Under the pieces are notes generated by a model, which did not search any database, was not told the DNA's origin, and saw only the letters and a list, made by a program, of their open reading frames with translations. A program made the position numbers and the translations under genes. From Alphaproteobacteria bacterium (lineage in GTDB: Bacteria > Pseudomonadota > Alphaproteobacteria > MPNO01): DNA of 64,000 nucleotides. Position 1 is the stretch's first letter; each line of letters opens with the position of its first letter. The stretch lies in NCBI GenBank assembly GCA_965248835.1, contig CBDFLJ010000001.1, forward strand, positions 384,001 through 448,000, read 5' to 3'. Of this stretch, positions 1-9,993 are shown piece after piece.

Positions 1-90
1 CTGCTCGCCCGCCGCGTCCGCGCGCTGCGGCTTGCCACGGTCCACGCGCGGCCCGATCCTGGCCTCGGCGGCCAAGTGAGTCCACCTTAG
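1..90 (+). CDS. ccmC: 3' end of heme exporter protein C (partial)
   Basis: Frame 1 reads LLARRVRALRLATVHARPDPGLGGQVSPP* (stop 88-90). The basic RRVRALRL tail and the position directly upstream of ccmD-ccmE fit CcmC. Confidence 0.6.
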   Translation: MLARRVRALRLATVHARPDPGLGGQVSPP

Positions 91-97
91 GCGGGAC

Positions 98-310
98 ATG
101 TCACAAACCGCCGACATCTTTGCAATGGGAGGGTATGCGGCCTTTGTCTGGCCGGCTTACGCCATTGCATTTCTGGTGATCGGCGGGCTGATCGTCCACT
201 GCATCGCAAGCTTGAGAGCACACGCGCGCGAGGCGGAAGAAGCCGAGGCAGCCAGCCCGCGCCGGGCGCGGCGCAGGCGCTCCGATCCGGAGGGCGGCGA
301 TGACCCGTAA
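98..310 (+). CDS. ccmD: Heme exporter protein D
   Basis: 70 aa; MGGYAAFVWPAY motif, one TM segment, charged tail; lies before ccmE. Confidence 0.9.
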   Translation: MSQTADIFAMGGYAAFVWPAYAIAFLVIGGLIVHCIASLRAHAREAEEAEAASPRRARRRRSDPEGGDDP

Positions 311-749
311 GCGCCGCCGCATGATGCTCGTCCTGCTCGGCACGCTGACGCTGGGGGTTGCCGCGGCGCTGGTGCTGAATGCCTTCGAGGACAGCGTGGT
401 CTTCTTCTACAGCCCGACCGAACTCGCCGAAAAGAAGCTGCCGCCCGAGCGCCGCTTCCGGGTCGGCGGCATCGTCGTCGAAGACTCTGTGGCGCGCGAG
501 GCCGACGGGCTGACCGTCCGGTTCCGCCTGACCGACATGAACAGCACCGTCCAGATCGCCTATACCGGCATCCTGCCCGACCTGTTCCGTGAGGGTCAGG
601 GCATCGTCGCCGAGGGCAGGCTCGATAAAACCGGCGTGTTCCGCGCCGAGGAGGTGCTGGCCAAGCACGACGAGACCTACATGCCGCCCGAGGTCGCCGA
701 AGCTCTCAAGAAATCCGGCCGCTGGCGCGGCGGGCAGGCCGCCGAATGA
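300..749 (+). CDS. ccmE: Cytochrome c maturation heme chaperone CcmE
   Basis: Motifs VFFYSPTE, GILPDLFREGQG and LAKHDETY (heme-binding His). Confidence 0.97.
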   Translation: MTRKRRRMMLVLLGTLTLGVAAALVLNAFEDSVVFFYSPTELAEKKLPPERRFRVGGIVVEDSVAREADGLTVRFRLTDMNSTVQIAYTGILPDLFREGQGIVAEGRLDKTGVFRAEEVLAKHDETYMPPEVAEALKKSGRWRGGQAAE

Positions 750-2722
750 TCGCCGAGATCGGCCACCTGGCCCTGGTGCTCGCCCTGCTGCTGGCGCTGG
801 TCCAGGGGATCGTGCCGATGTGGGGAGCCGCGCGCGGCGATTCGGCGATGATGGCGATGGCTCGTCCGGCGGCCGTGGGCCAGCTTGTGCTGTCGGCGAT
901 CGCGTTCCTCGCCCTGATCCAGCTTTTCGTGACCTCGGACTTCTCCGTCGCCCTGGTCCACAGCCATTCCCATACGCTCAAGCCGCTGCTCTACAAGATC
1001 ACCGGCGTGTGGGCGAACCACGAGGGCTCGATGGTGCTGTGGGTGCTGATCCTGGCGCTGTTCGGCGCGATGGTCGCTTGTTTCGGCGCCAACCTGCCGG
1101 CCAGCCTGCGAGCCCGGGTGTTGTCGGTCCAGGGGCTGGTCGCGGCGGGGTTTTTCGCTTTCATCATCTTCACATCCAACCCGTTCCTGAGGCTCGATCC
1201 GGCGCCGCTGCAAGGAAGCGGGCTCAACCCGCTGCTCCAGGACCCCGGCCTCGCCTTCCACCCGCCGTTCCTCTATCTCGGCTATGTCGGGTTCTCGATC
1301 GCGTTCTCTTTCGCCGTCGCCGCCCTGATCGAGGGCCGCGTCGATCCCGCCTGGGCACGCTGGGTGCGCCCGTGGACGCTGTTGGCGTGGTGTGCGCTCA
1401 CCGTCGGGATCGCTCTGGGGAGCTGGTGGGCCTATTACGAGCTCGGCTGGGGCGGCTGGTGGTTCTGGGACCCGGTGGAGAACGCATCGTTCATGCCCTG
1501 GCTCGCCGGCACCGCGCTGCTGCATTCGGCGATCGTGGTGGAGAAGCGCGACACGCTGAAGGGCTGGACGGTTCTGCTGGCGATCCTCACCTTCGGGTTT
1601 TCGCTGCTCGGCACCTTCCTGGTGCGCTCGGGCGTGCTGACCTCGGTCCACACGTTTGCCGCCGATCCCTCACGCGGCGTGTTCATCCTGGCGCTCCTGG
1701 TCGTGGTCATCGGCGGCGGGCTCGCGCTCTATGCCGTGCGCGCGCCGGCGCTCAAGGGCGGCGGGCTGTTCGCCCCGGTCTCGCGCGAAGGCGCCCTGGT
1801 GCTCAACAACCTGCTGCTGACCACCGCGGCGGCGGTGGTGCTCCTGGGCACGCTCTACCCGCTGGTCCTCGATGCGCTGGGCGGCGGCAAGGTCTCCGTC
1901 GGCCCGCCCTTCTTCGAGGCGACATTCGTGCCCATCGCCGTGCCGCTCCTGCTGGCGTGCGCGGTCGGCGCGATGATGGCCTGGAAGCGCGGCGACCTGG
2001 CGGGCGTGCTCGGCCGGCTCAAGGCCGCCGCGATCCTCGCGCTCGCGGTGATGGCAGTCGCCGCCTGGCGGGCCGGGATCGAGGACATGCTGGCGGCCTT
2101 CGGGCTGGGTGTCGCGGCCTGGCTGTTCGCCGGCGCCCTGATCGAGCTGGCCGAGAAGATCGGTCTTTTCCGGCTACGCGGGGCCGAGACCGCTCGACGC
2201 GCCGCCGCGCTGCCGCGCGCGGCCTGGGGGATGACGATCGCCCATGCCGGGCTCGGCGTCATCGTCGCCGGCATGGTCGCGGCCTCGGCCTGGCAGACCG
2301 AGCGCATCGTGTCGATGACCCCGGGCCAGACAACCGACCTCGCCGGATACCGGGTCGTTTTCGAGGCCGTCGGCCGGACGCGCGGACCCAACTACGAAGC
2401 GGTCACCGGCCGCTTCAAGCTGATGGACGGCGGCCGGACGGTCGCCGACCTGCGGCCCGAGAAACGCTCCTATCCGGCGGAGGAATCGCAGACCACCGAG
2501 GCGGCGATCCACACCACCTGGCTCGCCGACGTCTATGTCGTCCTGGGCGACCGCTCGGCGGGCGGGGCCTGGGCGGTGCGGCTCTACCACAATCCGCTGG
2601 TGCCCTGGATCTGGATCGGCGCGGTCGTGATGGCAGCCGGCGGGCTGGTCTCGCTCACCGACCGGCGGCTCCGGGTCGGCGCGCCGCGCCGCGCCCGCGC
2701 AGCGGTCGGGGAAGCGGCCTGA
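746..2722 (+). CDS. ccmF: Heme lyase CcmF
   Basis: WGGWWFWDPVENAS (WWD domain) motif, HPPFLYLGY, many TM helices. Confidence 0.97.
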   Translation: MIAEIGHLALVLALLLALVQGIVPMWGAARGDSAMMAMARPAAVGQLVLSAIAFLALIQLFVTSDFSVALVHSHSHTLKPLLYKITGVWANHEGSMVLWVLILALFGAMVACFGANLPASLRARVLSVQGLVAAGFFAFIIFTSNPFLRLDPAPLQGSGLNPLLQDPGLAFHPPFLYLGYVGFSIAFSFAVAALIEGRVDPAWARWVRPWTLLAWCALTVGIALGSWWAYYELGWGGWWFWDPVENASFMPWLAGTALLHSAIVVEKRDTLKGWTVLLAILTFGFSLLGTFLVRSGVLTSVHTFAADPSRGVFILALLVVVIGGGLALYAVRAPALKGGGLFAPVSREGALVLNNLLLTTAAAVVLLGTLYPLVLDALGGGKVSVGPPFFEATFVPIAVPLLLACAVGAMMAWKRGDLAGVLGRLKAAAILALAVMAVAAWRAGIEDMLAAFGLGVAAWLFAGALIELAEKIGLFRLRGAETARRAAALPRAAWGMTIAHAGLGVIVAGMVAASAWQTERIVSMTPGQTTDLAGYRVVFEAVGRTRGPNYEAVTGRFKLMDGGRTVADLRPEKRSYPAEESQTTEAAIHTTWLADVYVVLGDRSAGGAWAVRLYHNPLVPWIWIGAVVMAAGGLVSLTDRRLRVGAPRRARAAVGEAA

Positions 2723-2734
2723 CGGAGCCCGGCG

Positions 2735-3274
2735 ATGAAACTCTCCACGATCCTGCCCGTGGCGCTTTTCGCCGTCCTGGCCGGGGTGTTCGGCGTCTAC
2801 CTCTTCCAGGTCGGCTCCGGCAAGAACATCCAGGAGATCCCCTCGGCGCTGATCGACAAGCCGGCACCCGCGCTCGACCTGCCGCCGATCCGGGGGCGGA
2901 ACGACGGGCTCTCGTCCGCGCAGCTCGCCGGCAAGGCCTCGCTGGTGAACGTCTTCGCCTCCTGGTGCCCGCCCTGCCGGGTCGAGCATCCATTGCTGAT
3001 GCGCCTGGCCGGCGAGGGGGTCCCGATCTACGGCATCAACTACAAGGACAGGCCCGAGGACGCGCTCGGCTTTCTCGACCGGCTGGGCGATCCCTACCGC
3101 GCGATCGGCGCGGACGCGACCGGGCGCACCGCAATCGACTGGGGCGTCTACGGCTATCCCGAAACCTTCGTCGTCGATAGGACCGGGCGCATCCGCTACA
3201 AGCACATCGGACCGATCATGCCGCGCGACCTGGAGTCCCGGATCCGGCCGATTCTCCAGCGGTTGGCGCAATGA
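2735..3274 (+). CDS. ccmG: Thiol:disulfide interchange protein CcmG/DsbE
   Basis: ASWCPPC thioredoxin motif and GVYGYPETF. Confidence 0.93.
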   Translation: MKLSTILPVALFAVLAGVFGVYLFQVGSGKNIQEIPSALIDKPAPALDLPPIRGRNDGLSSAQLAGKASLVNVFASWCPPCRVEHPLLMRLAGEGVPIYGINYKDRPEDALGFLDRLGDPYRAIGADATGRTAIDWGVYGYPETFVVDRTGRIRYKHIGPIMPRDLESRIRPILQRLAQ

Positions 3275-3753
3275 GACGCGGCATCCTCCCGCTGGTCCTG
3301 TTGGTGGTCCTCGGCGCGGTCGGCGCTCATGCGGTCGAGCCGGGCGAGATCCTCGACGACCCGGTGCTCGAGGTCCGCGCACGCGAAATCTCCAAGGAGC
3401 TGCGCTGCCTGGTGTGCCAGAACCAGTCGATCGACGACTCCGATGCCCCGCTGGCGCGCGACCTGCGCATCCTGGTGCGCGAGAGGCTGGTGGCCGGCGA
3501 CGCCGACGGCGCGGTGATCGCGTTCATCGCCGCACGCTATGGCGATTTCGTGCTGTTGCGCCCGCCGTTCAAGCCCACGACCTACGCGCTGTGGCTGGGC
3601 CCGGCAGCGATCTTCCTTGCCGGCGCGATCGGCGTCGTCGTGTTCTTGCGGCGACGCCGCGGCGCGTTGCCGGCGGCCGCTTCCGCGCCGCCGTTGAGCG
3701 AGGAGGAGTCCCGCCGACTGGCGAAGCTGATGGACGGGGATCGGCAGCCGTGA
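3271..3753 (+). CDS. ccmH: Cytochrome c biogenesis protein CcmH/CycL
   Basis: LRCLVCQNQSIDDS motif and RYGDFVLLRPP. Confidence 0.95.
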   Translation: MRRGILPLVLLVVLGAVGAHAVEPGEILDDPVLEVRAREISKELRCLVCQNQSIDDSDAPLARDLRILVRERLVAGDADGAVIAFIAARYGDFVLLRPPFKPTTYALWLGPAAIFLAGAIGVVVFLRRRRGALPAAASAPPLSEEESRRLAKLMDGDRQP

Positions 3754-5123
3754 CGCTGTGGATCCTGCTCGCCGTGATAGTGGTGGGCACGACAGCGGCG
3801 ATTCTGATCCCGCTGCTGGTTCGCCAGCGCCCGGCGCAACCCCGCGCCGAGCACGACCTGGAGATCTATCGCGACCAGCTCGTCGAGGTCGAACGCGACC
3901 GGGCACGCGGGCTGATCTCGGAGGACCAGATCGAGGCGGCGCGGACCGAGATCGGCCGCCGGCTGCTCGCGGCCGAGGACGCGCTGTCGGCCGAAGAACC
4001 GGCGCAACGCACCGATACGCGCGCCGGCTTGGCCGTGGTGCTTGCGCTGGTCGTGCCGCTGGCCGCATTCGGGCTCTACGGCTTGCAAGGCTCTCCCGGA
4101 CTGCCCGGCAACCCGGCTGCCGAGCGCCCGCCGCCCGCCGCTGCGGATTCGGCCACAACTCCGCAGATGGACGACATGGCGGGTCTGGTCGACCGGCTAG
4201 CCGAAAAGCTGCGCCAGAACCCGGCGGATGCCAAGGGCTGGACACTGCTGGCGCGGTCGCTGTCCACGCTCGAGCGCCATGACGAGGCAGCCAAGGCCTA
4301 CGCGCGGGCCGCCGCGCTGCTGCCCGATGATGCCGGCGTCCGCGCGCAGTACGGCGAGGCGCTGACGGCAGCGAACCAGGGCCGGATCGGCGCCGCGGCG
4401 CGGCTCGCCTTCGCCGAGGCGCTGAAGCGCAATGCCGCAGAGCCGCGAGCCCGGTTCTATATGGGCCTGGCGGCGCTGCAAGCGGGAGACCGTGCCGGCG
4501 CGCTGGCCCAATGGCGCGCGCTCGCCGCCGATTCCAGGCCGGACGACCAATGGATGCCGATGCTGCGCGAGCGAATCGCCGGTCTTGCCGAGGCCGAGCC
4601 CCCGCCCCCACCCCGGCCGCCGGCCGACCGCGGGCCGAGCCAGGAGGATGTGGCTGCCGCACAGCTTATGTCGCCGCAGGATCGGATGGCGATGATCCGC
4701 GGCATGGTCGCCGGCCTCGCCGAACGCCTGGCCGAGCAGCCCGACGACGCCGATGGCTGGGCGCGGCTTGCCCGATCCTACCGCGTGCTCGGCGAGAACC
4801 AAAAGGCGCATGACGCCTTGGCCCGGCTCGCCCGGCTCCGGCCGAACGACGTCGGCGTGCTGACCACCTATGCGCGCTCGATAATCCAGACCGCCGAGGG
4901 CAAACCGCTGCCGAGAAGCTTGGCAACCGTCATCGGCCGGGTTCTGGAGCTCGATCCCGACAACCGGTCGGCGCTGTGGATCGCCGGCCTTCTCGCCGAG
5001 CAGACGGGCAGCGCGGAGGAGGCACGGGGTTACTGGCGGCGCCTCCAGGCCAAGCTGCCGGAAGGGTCGCCCGAACGGGTCGATCTCGACCGGCGGCTCG
5101 ACGCGCTGGACAAGCCGAGGTGA
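3750..5123 (+). CDS. ccmI: Cytochrome c biogenesis protein CcmI/CycH (TPR)
   Basis: GTG at 3750 overlaps the ccmH stop; TM segment, then YRDQLVEVERDRARGLI...EIGRRLL, then TPR repeats. Confidence 0.9.
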   Translation: MTLWILLAVIVVGTTAAILIPLLVRQRPAQPRAEHDLEIYRDQLVEVERDRARGLISEDQIEAARTEIGRRLLAAEDALSAEEPAQRTDTRAGLAVVLALVVPLAAFGLYGLQGSPGLPGNPAAERPPPAAADSATTPQMDDMAGLVDRLAEKLRQNPADAKGWTLLARSLSTLERHDEAAKAYARAAALLPDDAGVRAQYGEALTAANQGRIGAAARLAFAEALKRNAAEPRARFYMGLAALQAGDRAGALAQWRALAADSRPDDQWMPMLRERIAGLAEAEPPPPPRPPADRGPSQEDVAAAQLMSPQDRMAMIRGMVAGLAERLAEQPDDADGWARLARSYRVLGENQKAHDALARLARLRPNDVGVLTTYARSIIQTAEGKPLPRSLATVIGRVLELDPDNRSALWIAGLLAEQTGSAEEARGYWRRLQAKLPEGSPERVDLDRRLDALDKPR

Positions 5124-5207
5124 CCGCGGCGTGATGACCGATCTTGCCGGCCGCGGCCGCACGCCGTAACGTCTGTCGGCCAGGATCAAGCGAATGGGGA
5201 GAAGGCC

Positions 5208-6275
5208 ATGCCGGTCAACGGATTCGACGTCTTCGATGCCGACGGCCACGTGCTCGAGCTGGACGACGAGCTGATCGAGTACTACGAGGGCGATCTGGCC
5301 GACAAGAAGCGGATGAAGACGATGCCGATCTTCCCGGCGCTCGACGGCTGGTCGCGCGGCCCGATGATCGCCAAGGAGGATTCCAACCGGAAATACTGGC
5401 ACACCGACGCGGCGGTGTGGTCGGAATGCCTGGCCGATATCGGCGCCGACGGCAGCGTGCTGTACCCGACCGCGGCCCTCGCGCACGGGCTGATGCGCGA
5501 TGTGCGCTTCGCGGTCGCGACCGCAATTGCCTACAACAACTGGCTGGAGGACCGATACACCTCCCAGGACGAGCGGCTTTACGGCGCGGGTGTGCTGGCC
5601 GTCCAGGACCCGCAGGCCGCGGCGGCCGAGCTGCGCCGCTGCGCGAAGAACCGCAAGCGGTTCCCGGCAATGGTGCTGCCCACCGTCACCAAGCTGGGCA
5701 AGACATACGGCGATCGGTTCTTCTGGCCGATCTTCGAGGCGGCGGCCGAATGCGACATGGCGCTGGCGCTGCACGGCGCGCCGTCCGAAGGCTTCGGCTT
5801 CGACCACTTCACCCGCTACATCGCCTCGCACACGCTCGAGCACCCGGTGCCGCTGTTCATCAACCTCACCGATATGATGTTCGCCGGCGTCTTCGATGCC
5901 TTCCCGACGGTCCGGTTCGCCTTCCTGGAAGGCGGCTGCTCGTGGATCCCGTTCATGATGGACCGGATGGACTACGAGTTCGATTCGATGCACGGGATCG
6001 CCTCGCGCAAGGAGCTCAAGAAGCGCCCCTCGGACTATTTCCGCGAGGGCGAGAGCATCTGGGTGGCGATGGAGCTGGGTGAGAGCTCGCTGCCGCTGAT
6101 CGTGGACATGATCGGCTCCGAGCGCATCGTCTACGCCTCGGACTACCCGCACGAGCCGTCCTTCGAGGATCTGACGACCGAGTTGCCGGAGTTTCTGAAA
6201 TCCGGAGCCCTGTCCGCCGAGGCCAAGGCCAACGTCGTCAACAACAACGCGCGCCGGCTCTACCGGATCAACTGA
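5208..6275 (+). CDS. Amidohydrolase_2 family protein (possible decarboxylase/hydratase)
   Basis: DADGHVLE N-terminal metal motif, FLEGGCSW and YASDYPH. Confidence 0.8.
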   Translation: MPVNGFDVFDADGHVLELDDELIEYYEGDLADKKRMKTMPIFPALDGWSRGPMIAKEDSNRKYWHTDAAVWSECLADIGADGSVLYPTAALAHGLMRDVRFAVATAIAYNNWLEDRYTSQDERLYGAGVLAVQDPQAAAAELRRCAKNRKRFPAMVLPTVTKLGKTYGDRFFWPIFEAAAECDMALALHGAPSEGFGFDHFTRYIASHTLEHPVPLFINLTDMMFAGVFDAFPTVRFAFLEGGCSWIPFMMDRMDYEFDSMHGIASRKELKKRPSDYFREGESIWVAMELGESSLPLIVDMIGSERIVYASDYPHEPSFEDLTTELPEFLKSGALSAEAKANVVNNNARRLYRIN

Positions 6276-6304
6276 GGCCGCCGGCCGAGCCGAGCCGCAA
6301 CAGC

Positions 6305-7183
6305 TCACGCGCCTTCGAATCGATCCTCGAAATCGATGATCTCGTCGAACCCCATCAGCGTATTGAAGTCGCCGAAGGGGTGAAGATCGGCATCCGCGGC
6401 CGAGGAGGCGCCGTGGTCGCGGAGCGCGCGGTAGATCCGGGTCAGCGCCTCGGTCGCGGCGAGGAAGCCCGAGGCCGGGAAGATCGCGACCTGGAAGCCG
6501 AGCGCGGCAAGCTCGGCCGGCGTCAGCACCGGGGTCAGCCCGCCCTCGACCATGTTGGCCATCAAGGGCGCATCGAACAGCCGGCCGGCCTCGGCCATCT
6601 CCTCGGTATCGGCCGGCGCCTCGTAGAACAGGATGTCCGCGCCCGCCTCCTGGAAGGCCTCGAGCCGACGCAGCGCTTCGTCCTTGCCGGCAGCCTTGCG
6701 CGCATCCGTGCGGGCGATGATCAGGAAGTCGCCGCTGATCCGCGTGTCCAGCGCCACCTTGATCTTGCGCACCATCTCCTCTTTCGGGACCAGCTTCTGG
6801 CCCTGGGTGTGGCCGCACTTCTTCGGAAACGCCTGATCCTCGATCTGGATGGCGGCAACGCCCGCACGCTCATAGCCCTGGACGGTGTGGCGGACGTTGA
6901 GCGTCCCGCCATAGCCGGTGTCGGCATCCGCGATCAGCGGCGTCGCGGTCCCGCGCGCGATTTGCGCCGCGCGCGAGACCATGTCGGTAAAGGTGGCGAT
7001 CCCCGCATCGGGCAGCCCGAGATGCGAGGCGACCGTGCCCGAGCCCGTCATGTAGATCGCCGGGAACCCCATCGAATCGGCGATCCGCGCCGAGATCATG
7101 TCATAGACCCCGGGCGCGGTGATGAACTCGCCCGCCCGCAGGCGGTCAGCAAGGCTCTTGGACGTCTCGGCACGGCCATTCAT
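6305..7183 (-). CDS. Isocitrate lyase/PEP mutase family protein (methylisocitrate/dimethylmalate lyase-like)
   Basis: ADADTGYG, IQIEDQ, KKCGH and ARTDA motifs. Confidence 0.88.
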   Translation of the reverse strand: MNGRAETSKSLADRLRAGEFITAPGVYDMISARIADSMGFPAIYMTGSGTVASHLGLPDAGIATFTDMVSRAAQIARGTATPLIADADTGYGGTLNVRHTVQGYERAGVAAIQIEDQAFPKKCGHTQGQKLVPKEEMVRKIKVALDTRISGDFLIIARTDARKAAGKDEALRRLEAFQEAGADILFYEAPADTEEMAEAGRLFDAPLMANMVEGGLTPVLTPAELAALGFQVAIFPASGFLAATEALTRIYRALRDHGASSAADADLHPFGDFNTLMGFDEIIDFEDRFEGA

Positions 7184-7225
7184 TGCTCGGGGCTCCCTGT
7201 CGGTCCTGCGTGTTCGGGACCTGCG

Positions 7226-7870
7226 TCAATCGGCGGCGAAGCAATAAAGCAGCCCCGCACCCCCGGTGCCGACCAGGCCCGCCTGGCTGCATCCCCTGGA
7301 CCCGTGCGCGGCATTCCAGGACGTGTTGCCGCCGCCGTGCCGGTCGTGATGCCCGACGGTTGCGCTGCCCTTGTCGTTGCTGGTCCAGCTGCTGCAGGTC
7401 TTATCGCCTTTTTCCCAGGGGAAATAGGTCGTGCCGTCGGCCTTCGTGCCGGTCAGGATGTCATGCTGGTTGGGCTGGTCGCCGCGCCCTTTTACGCGCT
7501 TGCCGTTCTCATCCAGGGCGGTTCTCTTGACGATGTTCGGGTTCAGATGGAGCGCATCGAGGTCGGTTGCGATCAACTCGCCCGTGGCGTTGTACCACGG
7601 TCCGATGCCGATCCGGTCGCGCGCTGAAATACCGCGCTTCCCCGCAACCTGAGTGCTGAGATAGGCGCGCCATGTGCGCCCGGTCGAGCCGGCGGCACCG
7701 GCCAGTTTCGTGCAATGGGCGTCGGCGCCCGCCAAGCCGCCCAGATTCGCGCCATCGCCGATCCCGACGCTGGTGACGAAGAATCCCATCGGAGGATCCG
7801 CCGCCAGCGCCACCGGCGCGCTCACCACGAGCAGGATGCCTGCCGCCGCTATCGAAGTCATGAGTCTCAT
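7226..7870 (-). CDS. Secreted lectin/endostatin-like domain protein
   Basis: Signal peptide; GANLGGLAGADAHC..LA..AG...TWRAYLS motif; C-terminal LLYCFA; 4 Cys. Confidence 0.7.
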   Translation of the reverse strand: MRLMTSIAAAGILLVVSAPVALAADPPMGFFVTSVGIGDGANLGGLAGADAHCTKLAGAAGSTGRTWRAYLSTQVAGKRGISARDRIGIGPWYNATGELIATDLDALHLNPNIVKRTALDENGKRVKGRGDQPNQHDILTGTKADGTTYFPWEKGDKTCSSWTSNDKGSATVGHHDRHGGGNTSWNAAHGSRGCSQAGLVGTGGAGLLYCFAAD

Positions 7871-8241
7871 CGCGATTCCCCTGTCCTGATTGTCGATGTC
7901 CCAACGGCCAGGCCATCCGAGCTTCGACAGGCTCTTTTGTTTGGCCGCAGGTCCTTCTCGGACGCGTTACAGGCGAAATTCTATGCCCGTGCCGAAGCCG
8001 AGTCTATCTGGGCCGGAGGTTCGGGGATGCACACCGCGATGGGCCGTCACCGCCCTGTCTCGCCGGGTATCCATTGCCCGATCGCCGCGTTTAGAATGTG
8101 GCGACGGAGGCAGCGCCACAGTCCGGCAGCGGGATCTGAGCGGATCTCGTTCAACCGGGTGACCGTGTCCCGAATCTACGGCCGGCACCGCCTGGGGCTA
8201 GCGCCGCAGGGCCATTCCTGAGCAGCGGGGAGACCGTTTCC

Positions 8242-9231
8242 ATGCCCAACAAGCTTCGCCTTACGCTCGCCACCGGCGATTACGAAAGCATCCGCGCGCT
8301 CAAGGAAGGCGCAGTCGTAGTCGATGGGGTAGAGCTCAACGTTCTCACCGACATGGACTCCTCGACCCGCCACTGGCGGATGCTCCGCAACCGCGACTTC
8401 GATGTCTGCGAGCTGTCGCTGTCCTCCTACCTGGCCGCCAAGGACCAGGGCTACGACCTGGAGGCGATCCCGGTCTTTCTCCACCGCCGCTTCCGGCACG
8501 GCTTCATCTTCATCAACAAGGCCGCCGGCATCACCGGGCCCAAGGACCTCCTCGGCAAGCGGATCGGCATAAAGACCTTCCAGACCACGGCGATCCTGTG
8601 GATGCGCGGCATGCTGGAGCAAGAGTACGGCGTGCCGCACACCTCGGTGGGATGGATCTCCGAACTCGACGAGGACGTCGCCTTCACGCCCAAGCCGGGG
8701 CTCCGGTTCGAGCGCGCGCCGGCCGGAAAGACGGTCGAGGGCATGCTGGCCGAGGGCGAGGTCGAGGCCTGCATGCACGCCGACCTGATCGACCCGATTA
8801 TCGAGGGCGATCCGCGGGTCGGCCGGCTGTTCGAGAACTACGCCGAGGTCGAGCGGGAATACTACAGGAAGACCCGTATCTTCCCGATCATGCACGTGAC
8901 CGCGATCAGGGCCGAACTGGTCGCATCGCACCCCTGGCTTGCCCAGAACCTGATCGACGCCTTCGAGGCCTCCAAGGCCGCCTCATACCGCCGGCTTGCC
9001 AACCCCCGCGTGGTGCCGCTGGCCTGGTACCGCAGCTACTGGGACGAGGAGACCGAATTCTTCGGCGGCGACCCGTGGGCGTACGGCCTGGGCAACGACA
9101 ACCGGCACAATCTGGAGACCGCGATCGGCTATTCGCACGACTGCGGCCTGATCGGCAGGCGCCTGTCGGTCGATGACATCTTCCTCCAGCCCGAGGTCGA
9201 TGCCGGCCGCGTCAGACGCAAGCGGTTGTAG
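8242..9231 (+). CDS. 4,5-dihydroxyphthalate decarboxylase-like / PBP2-fold protein
   Basis: LTLATGDYE, FDVCELSLSSY, PVFLHRRFRH, FPIMH and DPWAYG motifs. Confidence 0.75.
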   Translation: MPNKLRLTLATGDYESIRALKEGAVVVDGVELNVLTDMDSSTRHWRMLRNRDFDVCELSLSSYLAAKDQGYDLEAIPVFLHRRFRHGFIFINKAAGITGPKDLLGKRIGIKTFQTTAILWMRGMLEQEYGVPHTSVGWISELDEDVAFTPKPGLRFERAPAGKTVEGMLAEGEVEACMHADLIDPIIEGDPRVGRLFENYAEVEREYYRKTRIFPIMHVTAIRAELVASHPWLAQNLIDAFEASKAASYRRLANPRVVPLAWYRSYWDEETEFFGGDPWAYGLGNDNRHNLETAIGYSHDCGLIGRRLSVDDIFLQPEVDAGRVRRKRL

Positions 9232-9244
9232 GCAATCGTCGGGG

Positions 9245-9859
9245 TCAGCGCGAGTAGTACTCGATGACCAGGTTCGGCTCCATCTGGACCGGGTAGGGGA
9301 TCTCGGCGAACTGCGGCACGCGCAGGAATGTCGCCCTCATCTTGTTGTAGTCGACCTCGAGATAATCCGGCACGTCGCGCTCCGGCGAGTCCATCGCCTC
9401 CAGCACAAGCCCCAGCTCGCGGGACTGCTCGCGGATCTCGATCACGTCCTCGACCCCGACCCGGTAGGACGGGATCGTCACCCGGCGGCCATTGACCAGG
9501 ATGTGGCCGTGGTTGATGAACTGGCGCGCGGCGAAGACGGTGGGCACGAACTTGAGCCGGTAGACCACCGCATCCAGGCGTTGCTCCAGGAGCCCGACCA
9601 GGTTCTCGACCGTATCGCCGCGGCGGCGGACGGCCTCCTCGTAGGTGCGGCGGAACTGCTTTTCGGTGATGTTGCCGTAATAACCCCGCAGCTTCTGCTT
9701 GGCGGCGAGCTGGGTGCCGAAGTCGGAGGTCTTGCGCCGTCGCTGGCCGTGCTGGCCCGGCGGGTATTCACGCTTGTTGACCGAACTCTTTGGCCGGCCC
9801 CACAGGTTCACGCCGAGCCGGCGGTTGATCTTGTACTTCGAGCGCACGCGCTTGGTCAT
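9245..9859 (-). CDS. rpsD: 30S ribosomal protein S4
   Basis: [16 protein letters not shown]...PPGQHG...[11 protein letters not shown]...LVIEYYSR; start placed at the ATG at 9859. Confidence 0.98.
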   Translation of the reverse strand: MTKRVRSKYKINRRLGVNLWGRPKSSVNKREYPPGQHGQRRRKTSDFGTQLAAKQKLRGYYGNITEKQFRRTYEEAVRRRGDTVENLVGLLEQRLDAVVYRLKFVPTVFAARQFINHGHILVNGRRVTIPSYRVGVEDVIEIREQSRELGLVLEAMDSPERDVPDYLEVDYNKMRATFLRVPQFAEIPYPVQMEPNLVIEYYSR

Positions 9860-9965
9860 TGCCAGGTCCTTGCGTCCTGTTTCTGGGTGTTTTTGTCCCG
9901 ATAGGCCGTCCCGGACGTGCCGGGACGACGGGGCATTCGGCCCGCGTTCTCGGAAATGCGCGCGG

Positions 9966-9993
9966 AGTATAGGGATCGGCTGCGCGGAGTCAA
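9966..9993 (-). promoter_or_regulatory. Putative sigma70 promoter of rpsD
   Basis: Minus strand reads TTGACT-N16-TATACT followed by a GC-rich discriminator. Confidence 0.65.

Noticed and set aside
7871-8241. Small ORFs or ncRNA in the 370-bp intergenic gap
   Set aside because: No RBS-supported ORF, recognisable RNA motif or strong terminator; probably divergent promoters.
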